Positions 38,490-50,226 of a DNA stretch of 64,000 bases are shown one piece after another. The notes below the pieces were generated by a model. That model was not told the DNA's origin. It saw nothing but the letters and a program-made list of their open reading frames with translations, and did no database searches. The translations under genes were made by a program, and so were the position numbers. Location: NCBI GenBank assembly GCA_963724415.1, contig CAVRUS010000011.1:256561-320560 (forward strand). The letters run 5' to 3'. The DNA comes from an uncultured Actinomycetota bacterium. Lineage in GTDB: Bacteria; Actinomycetota; UBA4738; HRBIN12. Every line of letters starts with the position of its first letter. The first letter of the stretch is position 1.

Positions 38490-39908
38490 TCAGGCGTGGA
38501 GCAGCGCGTCCGCGCCGACCGCTCCGAAGAGCCCCGCGAGGTAGAGGATCGAGAACGAGAAGAGGCGCCTCGTCCGTGCGTCGTCCGCGGTCCGCCACAC
38601 CTGCAGCGAGCGGTACACGAACGAGCCGCCGAGCAGCACCGCAGCGCCCGTGTACACGGGGCCCATGTGTCCGATCGGCACGAGCAGCAGCGTCGTCGCG
38701 AACAACACGAGCGAATAGAGGAGGATCTGCCGCCGTGTCTCGGCTTCGCCGCGGACCACGGGGAGCATCGGGACACCCGCCGCCGCGTAGTCGCCGGAGA
38801 AGCGCATCGCAAGGGCCCAGAAGTGCGGCGGCGTCCAGACGAACACGATCGCGAACAGCACGACGGCGGGCCACGCGAGCGTGCCGGTGACGGCGGCCCA
38901 TCCGACGAGTGCCGGCACCGCGCCGGCCGCGCCGCCGATCACGATGTTCTGCGAGGTCGTGCGCTTGAGCCACATCGTGTAGACGAAGACGTAGAACGCG
39001 ATCGCGGACAGGGCCAGCACGGCGGCCAGGACGTTGACGGTCACCGCGAGGAAGTAGAAGGCGATCGCGCCCAGAACGAAGCCGAACCGGAGGGCGTGTT
39101 CCGGCGCGATCGCGTGCGACGGCAGCGGCCGCTGGCGTGTCCGACGCATGATCGCGTCGATGTCCCGGTCGAGGTACATGTTGATCGAGTTGGCGGATCC
39201 GGCGGCGATCGCACCGCCCGTCAAGGTCGCGAGGATCAGCCACGGGGAGGGCAGCCCTCGCTCGGCGAGCAGCATCGCCGGGACGGTGGTGATCAGCAGC
39301 AGCAGGACGATCCGCGGCTTCGTGAGGCGGTAGTAGGCCGTGACGGTGTCGCGGAGCGACGGGCGGTCCTGGGCGATCTCGTCGACCTCTGCATCGGGGT
39401 CGGCACCTCCCTCTGTGCCGGGTGCCGTCCTCCCGAGCCTCGCCATCGTGGCGAGCGCGACCACCGTGGCCCAGATCAACACGGACAGCGCCACGTGTGC
39501 CACGACGGCCCAGGGCTGGAGCCGGGTCCACACGTTGGCCGCGCCCACGAGCACCTGCGCGACGAACAGGGCGAGGGCGGTCGTCGAGAGTCGCACCAGG
39601 ACCTCGCGCCGGCCGTCGCCGGTCCGGGCGCGGATCGCCGTCCAGAGGACGAGGAGCATCGCGGCGGCGGCGAGCGCGCGGTGCAGGAACATCGCCGTCG
39701 CGGCGCCGCCGAGCGTCGGCACGAGCCGCCCGTCCATCAACGGCCAGTCCGTGAACACCAGCTGGGCGTCGCTCGCGCGGACGTAGGTGCCGACGAGGAG
39801 CAGGGCTCCCACGACGGCCGCCACCAGGAGGGTGAGCCGCGCGAACGGGTCGCGGGCACCGCGGGGTTCATCCATGGCGCCCGCTTCCATGGCGCCCGCT
39901 TCGCGCAC
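38490..39908 (-). CDS. ctaB: Heme A synthase C-terminal half fused in frame to protoheme IX farnesyltransferase (CtaA-CtaB fusion, downstream part)
   Basis: N-terminal about 160 aa are CtaA helices 5-8 (FLHRALAAAAMLL...), then a UbiA-family CtaB (YYRLTKPRIV...NMYLDRDIDAIM). Confidence 0.75.
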   Translation of the reverse strand: MREAGAMEAGAMDEPRGARDPFARLTLLVAAVVGALLLVGTYVRASDAQLVFTDWPLMDGRLVPTLGGAATAMFLHRALAAAAMLLVLWTAIRARTGDGRREVLVRLSTTALALFVAQVLVGAANVWTRLQPWAVVAHVALSVLIWATVVALATMARLGRTAPGTEGGADPDAEVDEIAQDRPSLRDTVTAYYRLTKPRIVLLLLITTVPAMLLAERGLPSPWLILATLTGGAIAAGSANSINMYLDRDIDAIMRRTRQRPLPSHAIAPEHALRFGFVLGAIAFYFLAVTVNVLAAVLALSAIAFYVFVYTMWLKRTTSQNIVIGGAAGAVPALVGWAAVTGTLAWPAVVLFAIVFVWTPPHFWALAMRFSGDYAAAGVPMLPVVRGEAETRRQILLYSLVLFATTLLLVPIGHMGPVYTGAAVLLGGSFVYRSLQVWRTADDARTRRLFSFSILYLAGLFGAVGADALLHA

Positions 39909-40350
39909 CTGCGCCGGGTCTGACGGCGCTCGCCACGTAGGTCACGTCGGCGATCAGCAGGAGAGCCGTGACGAAGTGCGCCGTGACCCACCAGGGATCC
40001 AGCTCGGTGGCCACCACCACGGCCCCGATCCCCGCCTGGGCCATCACGAGCGGGAACGCCAGGACCGCCGGCCACCGGAGTCGTGGTTCCCCGGACGCCA
40101 CCCGGTACGCGACGACGCCGGTGAGCGCCGCCAGCACGGCGACCAGGAACGCCATCGTGCGGTGCGAGAACTCGATCAGGGAATGGATCGTCCCCGACGG
40201 GAACAGGTGCCCTGGCTCACAGGCCGGCCACGTCGAGCATCCGAGTCCGGACCCCGTCCCGCGGACGAGCCCGCCGATCGCGAACAGCACGATCGTGGCG
40301 ATCGCCGTGACGAGCGCCAGGGACCGGAATCGGGAGCGGGTGAAGAGCAT
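39868..40350 (-). CDS. ctaA: Heme A synthase N-terminal half (CtaA helices 1-4 with a Cys-pair loop), separated from the rest by a frameshift
   Basis: Start by index arithmetic (MLFTRSRFRSL...); GCSTWPAC loop cysteines and HSLIEFSHR; ends in a stop inside a 15-bp tandem duplication, while the continuation is in another frame. Confidence 0.65.
   Translation of the reverse strand: MLFTRSRFRSLALVTAIATIVLFAIGGLVRGTGSGLGCSTWPACEPGHLFPSGTIHSLIEFSHRTMAFLVAVLAALTGVVAYRVASGEPRLRWPAVLAFPLVMAQAGIGAVVVATELDPWWVTAHFVTALLLIADVTYVASAVRPGAGARSGRHGSGRHG
39872..39901. repeat. Perfect 15-bp tandem duplication (CCATGGCGCCCGCTT x2) at the ctaA frameshift junction
   Basis: Read directly from the sequence; encodes EAGAM-EAGAM in one frame and SGRHG-SGRHG in the other. 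Confidence 0.6.
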
Positions 40351-40409
40351 CGCGACGACGGCATGATAGCCCCGCCTCGTGAGGCGCCCGGCCTTGCGAT
40401 ACTTCGGCG

Positions 40410-41279
40410 GTGTCCGGGGATCTCCGCGAGCGGGTCGATGCCGTCCTGACGGCGTTCCTCGACGAGCGGGTCCGCGACGCCGAGCGACTCGACGCGGCGG
40501 CCCGGCCTCCGGTGGAGGAGATCGCTCGGCTCGTCGCCGCGGGCGGGAAGCGGGTCCGACCCGCGTTCTGCTACTGGGGCTTCCGCGCGGCAGGCGGCGC
40601 GGACCCGGGCGGTCGCGACGAGCCGATCGTGCGCGCCGCCACCGCGCTCGAGTTCCTCCACACGATGGCGCTCGTCCACGACGACCTGATCGACGGAGCG
40701 AAGGAGCGGCGCGATGTTCCTTCCACCGTCGCATGGTTCGAGGGGCGGGCGGAGGAGCTCGGGGCGAGAGGGGAGCCGGGCGCGTTCGGCGAGGCGATGG
40801 CGGTGCTCGTCGGCGATCTCGCCGCCGTCCTCGCGGACCGCCTGTTCCTCGAGTCGGGGTTCCCGCCGGACACGTTGGCCGGCGCCCTCGCCGTGTACCA
40901 CCCGATGCGCGAGGCGATGGCGATCGGGCAGTACCTCGGGCTCTCTCGGCAGTACGCGGATCGAGCGGACGTCGAGGCCGTCGGGCGCACCGCCTCCCTC
41001 AAGGGTGGCGGGTACTCCGTGGAGGGGCCGCTCCGGATCGGCGCCGCGCTCGCCGGTGGGTCCGGCGCGGTGGAGGAGTGCCTGTCCCGGTACGGCCGGC
41101 CGCTCGGCGAGGCGTTCCAGCTCCGCGACGACCTGGAGGACGGCGACGCGGCCCCGGGTGTCACCGCCGAGACGGTCAACGGCCGCGTCGCTCTCGCGAC
41201 GGCGGCGCTCGATCCGGGCCTGCTGTCGCCCGAGGCGCTCCCCGCACTCCGCCGGCTCGCCGAGGAGGTGGCGATGTGA
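40410..41279 (+). CDS. Polyprenyl diphosphate synthase (trans-isoprenyl diphosphate synthase family)
   Basis: GTG start; first aspartate-rich motif VHDDLID and a second QLRDDLED; divergent from ctaAB. Confidence 0.8.
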   Translation: MSGDLRERVDAVLTAFLDERVRDAERLDAAARPPVEEIARLVAAGGKRVRPAFCYWGFRAAGGADPGGRDEPIVRAATALEFLHTMALVHDDLIDGAKERRDVPSTVAWFEGRAEELGARGEPGAFGEAMAVLVGDLAAVLADRLFLESGFPPDTLAGALAVYHPMREAMAIGQYLGLSRQYADRADVEAVGRTASLKGGGYSVEGPLRIGAALAGGSGAVEECLSRYGRPLGEAFQLRDDLEDGDAAPGVTAETVNGRVALATAALDPGLLSPEALPALRRLAEEVAM

Positions 41280-41701
41280 CCGAGGACCTCGAGATGATGC
41301 GGCGCCTGTTCCGCGACCACCCGACCTGCCGGGTGGCGACGGTGCGACCGCACGGGGGACCGCACATCGCCTCCCGTTGGTTCGTGTGGATGCCGGACGC
41401 CCTCTACGTCACGACCCGCGTCGGCGACACGACCTGGGAAGCCCTCGAGCACGACGGCCGCATCTCCCTGCTGATCGACCGCGGCCGCGGATGGAACGAC
41501 CTGTCGGGGGTGCGGATCGAAGGCGTGGCCGAGCTCCTTCCCGCCGAGCACCCCGATCTGCGTCAGCCCATGTCCGCCTGGCACGAGAAGTACCGGACCT
41601 TGTTCGCCGGGGACGGCTTCGAGCGGTTCACGGCGGCGATCCCGAAGCTGGGCTTCCTCCGCGTGGTCCCGGCCGTGGTGGATGCCTGGGATCACGGCTG
41701 A
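41276..41701 (+). CDS. Pyridoxamine 5'-phosphate oxidase-family (F420/FMN-binding split-barrel) protein
   Basis: About 140 aa with a PPOX-like pattern; GTGA overlap with the synthase. Confidence 0.55.
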   Translation: MTEDLEMMRRLFRDHPTCRVATVRPHGGPHIASRWFVWMPDALYVTTRVGDTTWEALEHDGRISLLIDRGRGWNDLSGVRIEGVAELLPAEHPDLRQPMSAWHEKYRTLFAGDGFERFTAAIPKLGFLRVVPAVVDAWDHG

Positions 41702-41730
41702 GCGTGTCATGACCCCGTGCGATAGGCTGC

Positions 41731-41748
41731 TTGTGAAAGGTTTCACGA
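41731..41748. promoter_or_regulatory. Rex-type operator TTGTGAA-AGGT-TTCACGA upstream of the geranylgeranyl reductase-nuo operon
   Basis: Near-perfect match to the Rex consensus TTGTGAAnnnnTTCACAA; shares a 16-mer with the site at 28693. Confidence 0.6.
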
Positions 41749-41780
41749 GCGCCCGACGGGGCTCCTGAGGGGAGGCGCGC

Positions 41781-43028
41781 GTGCCCGAGCGGATCGAGAC
41801 CGACGTGTTGATCGTCGGCGCCGGCCCAGCTGGATCGGCGGCGGCATACCACCTCGCCCGTCACGGCATCGACGTCCTCGCCGTCGACAAAGCGACGTTC
41901 CCGAGGGAGAAGGTCTGCGGCGACGGCCTGACGCCCCGGAGCGTCGGCGCCGTCGAGCGGATGGGCATCGACACCTCGGATCCGGGCTTCGAACGCGTGA
42001 TCGGGCTCCGCGTCTATTCGAAGGACGTCACGATGGACCTGCCGTGGCCGGAGCTCCAGTCCTGGCCGAACTACGGCCTCGTGATGCCACGCCTCGGGTT
42101 CGACCATCTCCTGCTCGAGCGCGCGAAGAAGGCGGGTGCCCGCGTGCTCGAGGCGACCGATGCCCGCGGGCCGATGATCCGTGACGGCTGGGTCGTGGGG
42201 GCCGAGACCGTGCCCGCCGGTGAAGGGGACCGCGAGCCGACCGAGATCCACGCTCGGTTCACGATCGCCGCCGACGGGGCCGCGAGCCGCTTCGGTGCTC
42301 CCGCCGGCGTCCGCCGCGACGACACCCGACCGCTCGGGATCGCGGCCCGCCGGTACTACCGCGCGCCGAACCTCGGCGGGCCCTGGTTCGAGTCGTGGCT
42401 CGACCTGTGGGAAGGCGACATGCTCCTGCCCGGCTACGGGTGGCTCTTCCCGATGGCCGACGGCCGCGTCAACCTCGGCGCCGGCCTCCTCAGCACGTTC
42501 CGGAACTTCAAGGACATCTCGGCTGCGCGCCTCTTCGCGGCCTTCGCCACGATGCTCCCCGAGGACCGCGGGATCTCCGAGGAGACCGCCGACGGCCGCA
42601 TGCTGTCCGGGCCGCTCCCGATGAGCATGAACCGCGCCCCGCAGGCCGTCCCCGGGATGCTCGTCGTGGGCGACGCCGCCGGCGCGGTGAATCCGATGAA
42701 CGGCGAGGGGATCGCGTACGCGATCGAGACGGGGGAGATGGCCGCAGAGCTCCTGCACGAAGCGCTCGTCAAGGACCGACCCGGCCTCGCGATGGTCTAT
42801 CCGCAAGCTCTGCGCGAGCGGTACGGACGCTATTTCCACCTCGGCCGTGGCTTCGCCAAGCTCGTCGGCAAGCCCGAGATCATGGGGCCGGCCACGAAGT
42901 ACCTCCTGCCCAACCCGAAGGTCATGGGGTTCGCGATGCGGATGATGGCGAACCTGACCGACGGCAGGGACGGCGACGCGCAGGACAAGCTCTTCTACAT
43001 CCTCGAGAGGTTGGCGCGCGCGTCGTGA
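41781..43028 (+). CDS. Geranylgeranyl reductase-family FAD-dependent oxidoreductase (MenJ-like menaquinone/polyprenyl reductase candidate)
   Basis: GxGxxG FAD motif (VGAGPAGSAAAY) and GDAAG; translationally coupled (GTGA) to nuoA. Confidence 0.75.
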   Translation: MPERIETDVLIVGAGPAGSAAAYHLARHGIDVLAVDKATFPREKVCGDGLTPRSVGAVERMGIDTSDPGFERVIGLRVYSKDVTMDLPWPELQSWPNYGLVMPRLGFDHLLLERAKKAGARVLEATDARGPMIRDGWVVGAETVPAGEGDREPTEIHARFTIAADGAASRFGAPAGVRRDDTRPLGIAARRYYRAPNLGGPWFESWLDLWEGDMLLPGYGWLFPMADGRVNLGAGLLSTFRNFKDISAARLFAAFATMLPEDRGISEETADGRMLSGPLPMSMNRAPQAVPGMLVVGDAAGAVNPMNGEGIAYAIETGEMAAELLHEALVKDRPGLAMVYPQALRERYGRYFHLGRGFAKLVGKPEIMGPATKYLLPNPKVMGFAMRMMANLTDGRDGDAQDKLFYILERLARAS

Positions 43029-43531
43029 CCGTAGGATTGCCGTCCGTGGGTGAGAGCGGCTCCCTCGCCTCGCTGGTCGCGGCCGGACTGAGCGACTACC
43101 TCCCCATCCTCCTGATGGCCGTGCTGGCCGTGGTCTTCGCGGTGGCCTCGCTGGGGGTCTCGGCGCTGCTGCGGCCGCATCGCCCGAACCGGCCGAAGCT
43201 GTCCGCGTACGAGAGCGGCAACGATCCGGTCCGGCTGCCCGGCGGCGAGCGGTTCAGCGTGAAGTTCTACGTCGTCGCGATGCTGTTCATCATCTTCGAC
43301 ATCGAAACGATCTTCCTGTTCCCGTGGGCCGTGTCCTTCCGGCAGCTCGGGCTGTTCGGGTTGATCGAGATGGCGGTCTTCATCGCGCTCGTGTTCGTGG
43401 CCTACGTCTACATCTGGAAGAAGGGCGGCTTCGACTGGTCCGCCGAGCCTCCCGACCTCCGGGACGAGGAGGATCCGCGGCAGGTCGCCGCCGCGGAACT
43501 GCAGGAAGAGGGTGCCGTCGGTGCCCGTTGA
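43025..43531 (+). CDS. nuoA: NADH-quinone oxidoreductase subunit A
   Basis: In-frame GTG overlapping the upstream stop; NuoA core (YESGNDP...[15 protein letters not shown]); start could be slightly downstream. Confidence 0.8.
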   Translation: MTVGLPSVGESGSLASLVAAGLSDYLPILLMAVLAVVFAVASLGVSALLRPHRPNRPKLSAYESGNDPVRLPGGERFSVKFYVVAMLFIIFDIETIFLFPWAVSFRQLGLFGLIEMAVFIALVFVAYVYIWKKGGFDWSAEPPDLRDEEDPRQVAAAELQEEGAVGAR

Positions 43532-44039
43532 GCGCGTCGAAGGACACGTCACCGGGCGGGGTCCCGAGGAGGTCGAGGAGGAGGTCCGCAAGGGCGTACT
43601 GCTGACCTCGCTCGACCGGGCGGTGAGCTGGGCGCGGAAGCAATCGATGTGGCCGGCGACGTTCGGGCTCGCCTGCTGCGCGATCGAGATGATGTCCGCG
43701 GGCGCCGGGCGGTACGACCTCTCCCGATGGGGGATGGAGCTGTTCCGGGCCTCGCCGCGCCAGGCGGATCTGATGATCGTGGCCGGGCGCGTCTCCCAGA
43801 AGATGGCGCCGGTCCTGCGCCGGGTCTACGACCAGATGCCCGAGCCCAAGTGGGTGATCTCGATGGGCGTGTGCGCATCCGCCGGCGGGATGTTCACGAA
43901 CTACGCGATCGTCCAAGGCGTGGACACGATCGTGCCGGTCGACATCTACGTGCCGGGCTGTCCGCCGAAGCCGGAGATGCTGATGTTCGGCATCCTGAAG
44001 CTCCAGGAGAAGGTGCGGACGACGGGGACGATCCGGTGA
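43512..44039 (+). CDS. nuoB: NADH-quinone oxidoreductase subunit B
   Basis: [10 protein letters not shown] and the CPPKPE N2-cluster cysteines. Confidence 0.9.
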   Translation: MPSVPVERVEGHVTGRGPEEVEEEVRKGVLLTSLDRAVSWARKQSMWPATFGLACCAIEMMSAGAGRYDLSRWGMELFRASPRQADLMIVAGRVSQKMAPVLRRVYDQMPEPKWVISMGVCASAGGMFTNYAIVQGVDTIVPVDIYVPGCPPKPEMLMFGILKLQEKVRTTGTIR

Positions 44040-44048
44040 AGGCGCCAG

Positions 44049-44549
44049 ATGCGGGCTGATGAGCTCGCGGCGCGCGTCGGCGAGCGATTCACCGACGTCC
44101 TGCTCGCACGTGACGAGGTCACCGTCGTCGTCGACCGAGACGACCTCGTCGATGCGCTCGTGCGACTCCGGGACCAACCCGACCTGTCGTTCGGGTTCCT
44201 CTCGAGCCTGACCGCGACCGATCACCTCGACCGGGAGCCCCGCTTCTGGGTGGTCTACGAGCTCCGGTCGGTGGAGCATGCTCACCGGATCCGCCTGAAG
44301 GTGGGGCTGCCCGCGGAGGATCCGCACATCCCCTCGGTCACGGCGCTCTTCCCGACGGCCGACTGGCACGAACGTGAGGCGTGGGACCTGTTCGGTGTCG
44401 TCTTCGACGGCCATCCCGACCTCGTTCGGATCCTGCTCCCCGACGATTGGGAGGGACATCCGCTCCGCAAGGACGAGGAGCTCGGGGGTGTCGAGACCCG
44501 GTACCACGGCGCGTTCATCCCACCCGTCGACGAACGGACGATGCCGTGA
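44049..44549 (+). CDS. nuoC: NADH-quinone oxidoreductase subunit C
   Basis: [19 protein letters not shown]...GHPLRKD motif. Confidence 0.9.
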   Translation: MRADELAARVGERFTDVLLARDEVTVVVDRDDLVDALVRLRDQPDLSFGFLSSLTATDHLDREPRFWVVYELRSVEHAHRIRLKVGLPAEDPHIPSVTALFPTADWHEREAWDLFGVVFDGHPDLVRILLPDDWEGHPLRKDEELGGVETRYHGAFIPPVDERTMP

Positions 44550-45850
44550 TGGCGAGTGGGCACGAGATGTCGCATGCGCGCGACGGGCTCTCGCGCACGC
44601 CGGAGATCCGCGACGACGTCACCGGCGAGGTCCGCCAGGAGACGATGATCATCAACATGGGGCCGCAGCACCCCTCCACCCACGGGGTGCTCCGGTTGCT
44701 CCTCGAGCTCGACGGAGAGACGGTGATCCGGTGCCGGCCGATCGTCGGCTACCTCCACACCGGCATCGAGAAGAACACCGAGTACCGCACCTGGGTCCAG
44801 GGCGTGGCGTACGTGACCCGCGCCGACTATCTCTCCCCGTTCTTCAACGAGCTCGCGTACTGCCTGTCCGTCGAGCGCCTGCTCGGGATCGAGGCGCCGC
44901 CGCGGGCGCAGATCCTCCGGGTGCTCCTCTGCGAGCTGAATCGCATCGCCTCGCACCTCGTCTGGGTGGCCACCGGCGGGATGGAGCTGGGCGCCGTCTC
45001 CGTGATGCTCTATGGGTTCCGTGAGCGGGAGCTGATCCTCGACATCTTCGAGGCCGTCACCGGCCTTCGGATGAACCACGCCTACATCCGGCCCGGCGGC
45101 GTGATCATGGATCTGCCCGAGGACGGACCCCGCCGGATCGCGCGGTTCCTCGACGCGATGCCGGCGAGGATCGACGACTACGAACGGCTCCTGAACGACA
45201 ACCCGATCTGGCTCGAGCGGAACGTCGGCGTGGGCGTCCTGCAGGCGGACGAGGCGCTCGCGTGGGGCGTGACCGGGCCCCTCCTCCGGGCGGCCGGCGT
45301 CGCCGTCGACCTCCGCAAGGACGAGCCGTACAGCGGCTACGAGACCTACGACTTCGAGGTTCCGGTACGGACCGAGGCCGACTCCTACGCTCGGTACCTG
45401 GTCCGCATCGCGGAGATGCGGGAATCGCTCCGGATCGCCGAGCAGGCCCTCGCTCGCCTGGAGGAGCCGGGCCCGGTGATGGTCGAGGACCCGAAGGTGG
45501 GCTGGCCGGTGAAGCTCTCGGTCGGGCCCGACGGCATCGGCAACGACGAGGCGTATCTCCACCACATCATGGAGGAGTCGATGGAGGCACTGATCCATCA
45601 CTTCAAGATGGTGACCCAAGGGGTGCGTGTGCCCGCGGGGGAGGTCTACACGGCGGTCGAGTCGCCGCGGGGTGAGCTCGGCTTCTACGTCGTCTCCGCG
45701 GACGAGCACCGCCCGTACCGCGTCAAGATCCGCGACCCCTCGTTCGTGAACCTCCAGGCGGTCCCGACGATGGTGGAGGGTGGTCTGATCGCGGACGCGA
45801 TCGCGGTGATCGCCTCGCTCGACCCGGTGATGGGGGGCGTCGATCGCTGA
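44549..45850 (+). CDS. nuoD: NADH-quinone oxidoreductase subunit D
   Basis: Internal ATG by index arithmetic overlapping the nuoC stop; NuoD (49 kDa) motifs [13 protein letters not shown] and VESPRGELG. Confidence 0.9.
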   Translation: MASGHEMSHARDGLSRTPEIRDDVTGEVRQETMIINMGPQHPSTHGVLRLLLELDGETVIRCRPIVGYLHTGIEKNTEYRTWVQGVAYVTRADYLSPFFNELAYCLSVERLLGIEAPPRAQILRVLLCELNRIASHLVWVATGGMELGAVSVMLYGFRERELILDIFEAVTGLRMNHAYIRPGGVIMDLPEDGPRRIARFLDAMPARIDDYERLLNDNPIWLERNVGVGVLQADEALAWGVTGPLLRAAGVAVDLRKDEPYSGYETYDFEVPVRTEADSYARYLVRIAEMRESLRIAEQALARLEEPGPVMVEDPKVGWPVKLSVGPDGIGNDEAYLHHIMEESMEALIHHFKMVTQGVRVPAGEVYTAVESPRGELGFYVVSADEHRPYRVKIRDPSFVNLQAVPTMVEGGLIADAIAVIASLDPVMGGVDR

Positions 45851-46421
45851 TGACGGTCTTCGAGGGCACGCGGCTGGACGAGGCGAAGGAGATCATCGGC
45901 CGGTACCCGGAGGGACGCGAGCGCTCCGCGATCATGCCCCTGCTCTACCTCGCGCAGTCGATCGAGGGTCATGTCACGCGCGAGGGTCTGCGGGAGATCG
46001 CGGTGCTCCTCGGCCGGACGACGGCCGAGGTGGAGGCCGTCGCGACGTTCTACACGATGTTCCGACTCCGCCCGACCGGCACCCACGTGGTGAGCGTGTG
46101 CACGAACCTCGCCTGCATGCTCCGGGGCGGGCGCGAGGTGTACGAGGCGGCGCACGAGGCAGCCGGGATGCGCCACGGCCAGGAGCTGTCGGAGGACGGG
46201 CTGTTCACCCTGCACGAGGAGGAGTGCCTGGGCGTGTGCGACTTCGCGCCCGTCGCGCAGGTGAACTTCGCGAACCACGATCAGGTGACGCCCGAGCGGA
46301 TGGCGGAGCTGATCGCGGGGCTGCGCGACGGCTCCGTCCCGGAGCCGTCGCGCGGCCCCGCGATGGAGAGCTTCAAGGCCGCGTCGCGCGTGCTCGCCGG
46401 GTTGGAGGAGGTGCCGGCGTC

Positions 46422-46425
<4 letters not shown>
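45850..46425 (+). CDS. nuoE: NADH-quinone oxidoreductase subunit E
   Basis: [2Fe-2S] cysteines (VCTNLACM...CLGVCDFAP). Confidence 0.9.
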
Positions 46426-47717
<1,292 letters not shown>

Positions 47718-47781
47718 GCTGGCATCTCCGGGGGGCCGGGGGGGCCTACAAGCGAGGCCCCGAGCGCGTGGCGAGGCGGAC

Positions 47782-50226
47782 GTGATGCCGAGCGGCGGCC
47801 CCCCGAAGGAAGACGTGACGTTGTCGATCGACGGCAAAGAGGTCACGGTCCCGACGGGCACACTGATCATCCGCGCCGCGGAGCAGCTCGGCATCGAGAT
47901 CCCGCGCTTCTGCGACCATCCGTTCCTCGAGCCCGCCGGGGCGTGCCGCCAGTGCTACGTCCGGATCGAGGGCCAGCCGAAGCTCGCCACCTCGTGCACC
48001 GTGCCGGTCGCCGCGGGCATGTCGGTGATGACGCAGGCGAGCGACGAGGAGGTCGCCGACGCCCAGCGCGCGAACCTCGAGTTCCTCTTGCTGAACCATC
48101 CTCTCGACTGCCCGATCTGCGATCGCGGCGGCGAGTGCCCGCTGCAGGACCAGGCCCTCGCGTACGGGCCGGGGGACAGCCGGTTCCGGGAGGCGAAGCG
48201 CGTCTTCAAGAAGCCGATCCCGCTGTCACCGCTCGTGGCGCTCGACCGGGAGCGTTGCATCCTCTGCGCGCGCTGCACGCGGTTCTGCGACCAGATCTCG
48301 GGCGACCGCTTCCTGGAGCTCTACGCGCGGGGAGCGGGGGAGCGGGTCTCGATCGCGGCCGGGGAAGACTTCCGGTCGCCGTTCAGCGGCAACACCGTGC
48401 AGATCTGCCCGGTCGGGGCGCTGACCTCTGCGCCGTACCGGTTCGCCGCCCGGCCGTTCGATCTGACGTACGGCGACTCGGTCTGCCCGCACTGCTCGGC
48501 CGGCTGCAACATCCGGGTCGACCTCCGGCGCGGCGAGGTCGTCCGCCACCTCGCGCGCGATGAGTACGAGGTGAACGACGCGTGGGTCTGCGACAAGGGC
48601 CGCTACGCGTTCCGGTTCCCCGACTCGCCCGAGCGGGTCACGACGCCGCTGATCAGGGACCACGGCCTCGAGCCGGCCTCGTTCGGCGAGGTGCTCACGA
48701 CCATCGCGAGCTGGGTGGACGGCGCGCGCGTCGGCGTGCTGACCGGCGGCCGGCTGATGGACGAGGACTACTACGCGCTGTCGAAGCTCGCTCGAACGGT
48801 CTTCAAGACGAACGACCTCGACCATCGGCGGGACCACGGAGCCGGCCTCCTCGAGGGTGAGGTCGCTGCCGGCGGGATGGGCGTGACGTATCGCGACGTG
48901 GAACGAGCGAAGGTGATCCTCGTCGCGGGCCTGGACGCCGAGCAAGAGGTTCCCATCCTGCACCTCCGACTCCGGAAGGCGGCGGCCGCCGGCGCGCGGA
49001 TCGTGGTGCTGCACCCCCGCCGGACCCGCCTCTGGGACGTCGCCGAGCACATCGTGTGCCGTCCCGGCGACGAGACATTGCTCCTGATGAAAGAGGAGGG
49101 CCGTCCCCGGCCGGAGATCGCCGAGGTCGCGAGCGCGCTCCGCGAGGCGGGTGACGCGGGGCTCGTGATCGCGGGACCGCGGCTCGCCGATCAGCCCCAA
49201 GGGGTCGAGGTGGCGGCCTCGCTGGCGGCGGACACCGGGGCGCGATTCGCCTACGTCACCCGTCGCGCGAACGATCGCGGCGCGCTCGTGGCCGGGATCC
49301 ACCCGTCGCTCCTGCCGGGCGGACGTTGGGTCGGGAGCGCGGAGGATCGAACGGAAGTGGAGGACGTCTGGGGGTCGCTCGAGTCGTCCGAGGGCAGGGC
49401 CTGGCGAGGGATCCTCGAGGCCTGTGCCGACCGAGAGATCGACGTGCTGTTCCTGATCGGCGTCGACCCCCTCCGGGACTACCCGGATGCGGCGCTCGCG
49501 CGGCGTGCCCTGCAGAACGTGCCCCGGAAGGTGGTGCAATCGCTCGAGCTCGGCTCGCTCGAGTCGTTCGCGGATGTGTTCCTGCCCGCAGCGGCCTTCC
49601 TGGAGAAGGACGGGCACATCACCACCTGGGAAGGCCGCGGCCAGCGTCTCCACGCGGTTCGAGATCCGCTCGGGATGTCCCGTCCCGACTGGGAGATCTT
49701 CGCCAGTCTGGCGCTCGCCTGCGGAGGAGACCTCGGGTTCGAGACCGTGGACGAGCTCCACGAGGAGATGGGCAGACTCCTGGCGCCGCGGGAGTCGCGG
49801 TCGCCGTTGAGGGCACAACCCCTCACGATGCCCGCCCGCGTCGGTGACGGCGAGCTCCTCCTGTTCACCTACCCCCTGCTCGTCGATGAGGGCCGCCTCT
49901 CCGAGCGCGCCGACGAGCTGAAGGCGGCGCTCGCCGATCCGCCGTTCGCGGAGATCCATCCCGCCGACGCGGGGCGAGCGAACGTCGCCGACGGGGCCGA
50001 CGTGCGGCTCGCCACGGCCGCCGGCGAAGTCACGCTGCCGGTTCGCGTCACCGAGCACGTCGCGGAGGGCGCGGTCTTCGTCCCCTTCAACCAGGCAGGC
50101 TTCGCGGCCAACACGCTCCTCCAGGGCCACTTCTCGATCGCCGCGACGATCCAGCCGGTGGACGCGCCGACCGACACGGACGCGGTCGCCGAGGTGGCCG
50201 AGGCCGCCGCGGGAGGTACCGGGTAG
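47782..50226 (+). CDS. nuoG: NADH-quinone oxidoreductase subunit G
   Basis: 814 aa; N-terminal [2Fe-2S]/[4Fe-4S] cysteine motifs (CRQCYV; [13 protein letters not shown]; [11 protein letters not shown]). Confidence 0.9.
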   Translation: MMPSGGPPKEDVTLSIDGKEVTVPTGTLIIRAAEQLGIEIPRFCDHPFLEPAGACRQCYVRIEGQPKLATSCTVPVAAGMSVMTQASDEEVADAQRANLEFLLLNHPLDCPICDRGGECPLQDQALAYGPGDSRFREAKRVFKKPIPLSPLVALDRERCILCARCTRFCDQISGDRFLELYARGAGERVSIAAGEDFRSPFSGNTVQICPVGALTSAPYRFAARPFDLTYGDSVCPHCSAGCNIRVDLRRGEVVRHLARDEYEVNDAWVCDKGRYAFRFPDSPERVTTPLIRDHGLEPASFGEVLTTIASWVDGARVGVLTGGRLMDEDYYALSKLARTVFKTNDLDHRRDHGAGLLEGEVAAGGMGVTYRDVERAKVILVAGLDAEQEVPILHLRLRKAAAAGARIVVLHPRRTRLWDVAEHIVCRPGDETLLLMKEEGRPRPEIAEVASALREAGDAGLVIAGPRLADQPQGVEVAASLAADTGARFAYVTRRANDRGALVAGIHPSLLPGGRWVGSAEDRTEVEDVWGSLESSEGRAWRGILEACADREIDVLFLIGVDPLRDYPDAALARRALQNVPRKVVQSLELGSLESFADVFLPAAAFLEKDGHITTWEGRGQRLHAVRDPLGMSRPDWEIFASLALACGGDLGFETVDELHEEMGRLLAPRESRSPLRAQPLTMPARVGDGELLLFTYPLLVDEGRLSERADELKAALADPPFAEIHPADAGRANVADGADVRLATAAGEVTLPVRVTEHVAEGAVFVPFNQAGFAANTLLQGHFSIAATIQPVDAPTDTDAVAEVAEAAAGGTG

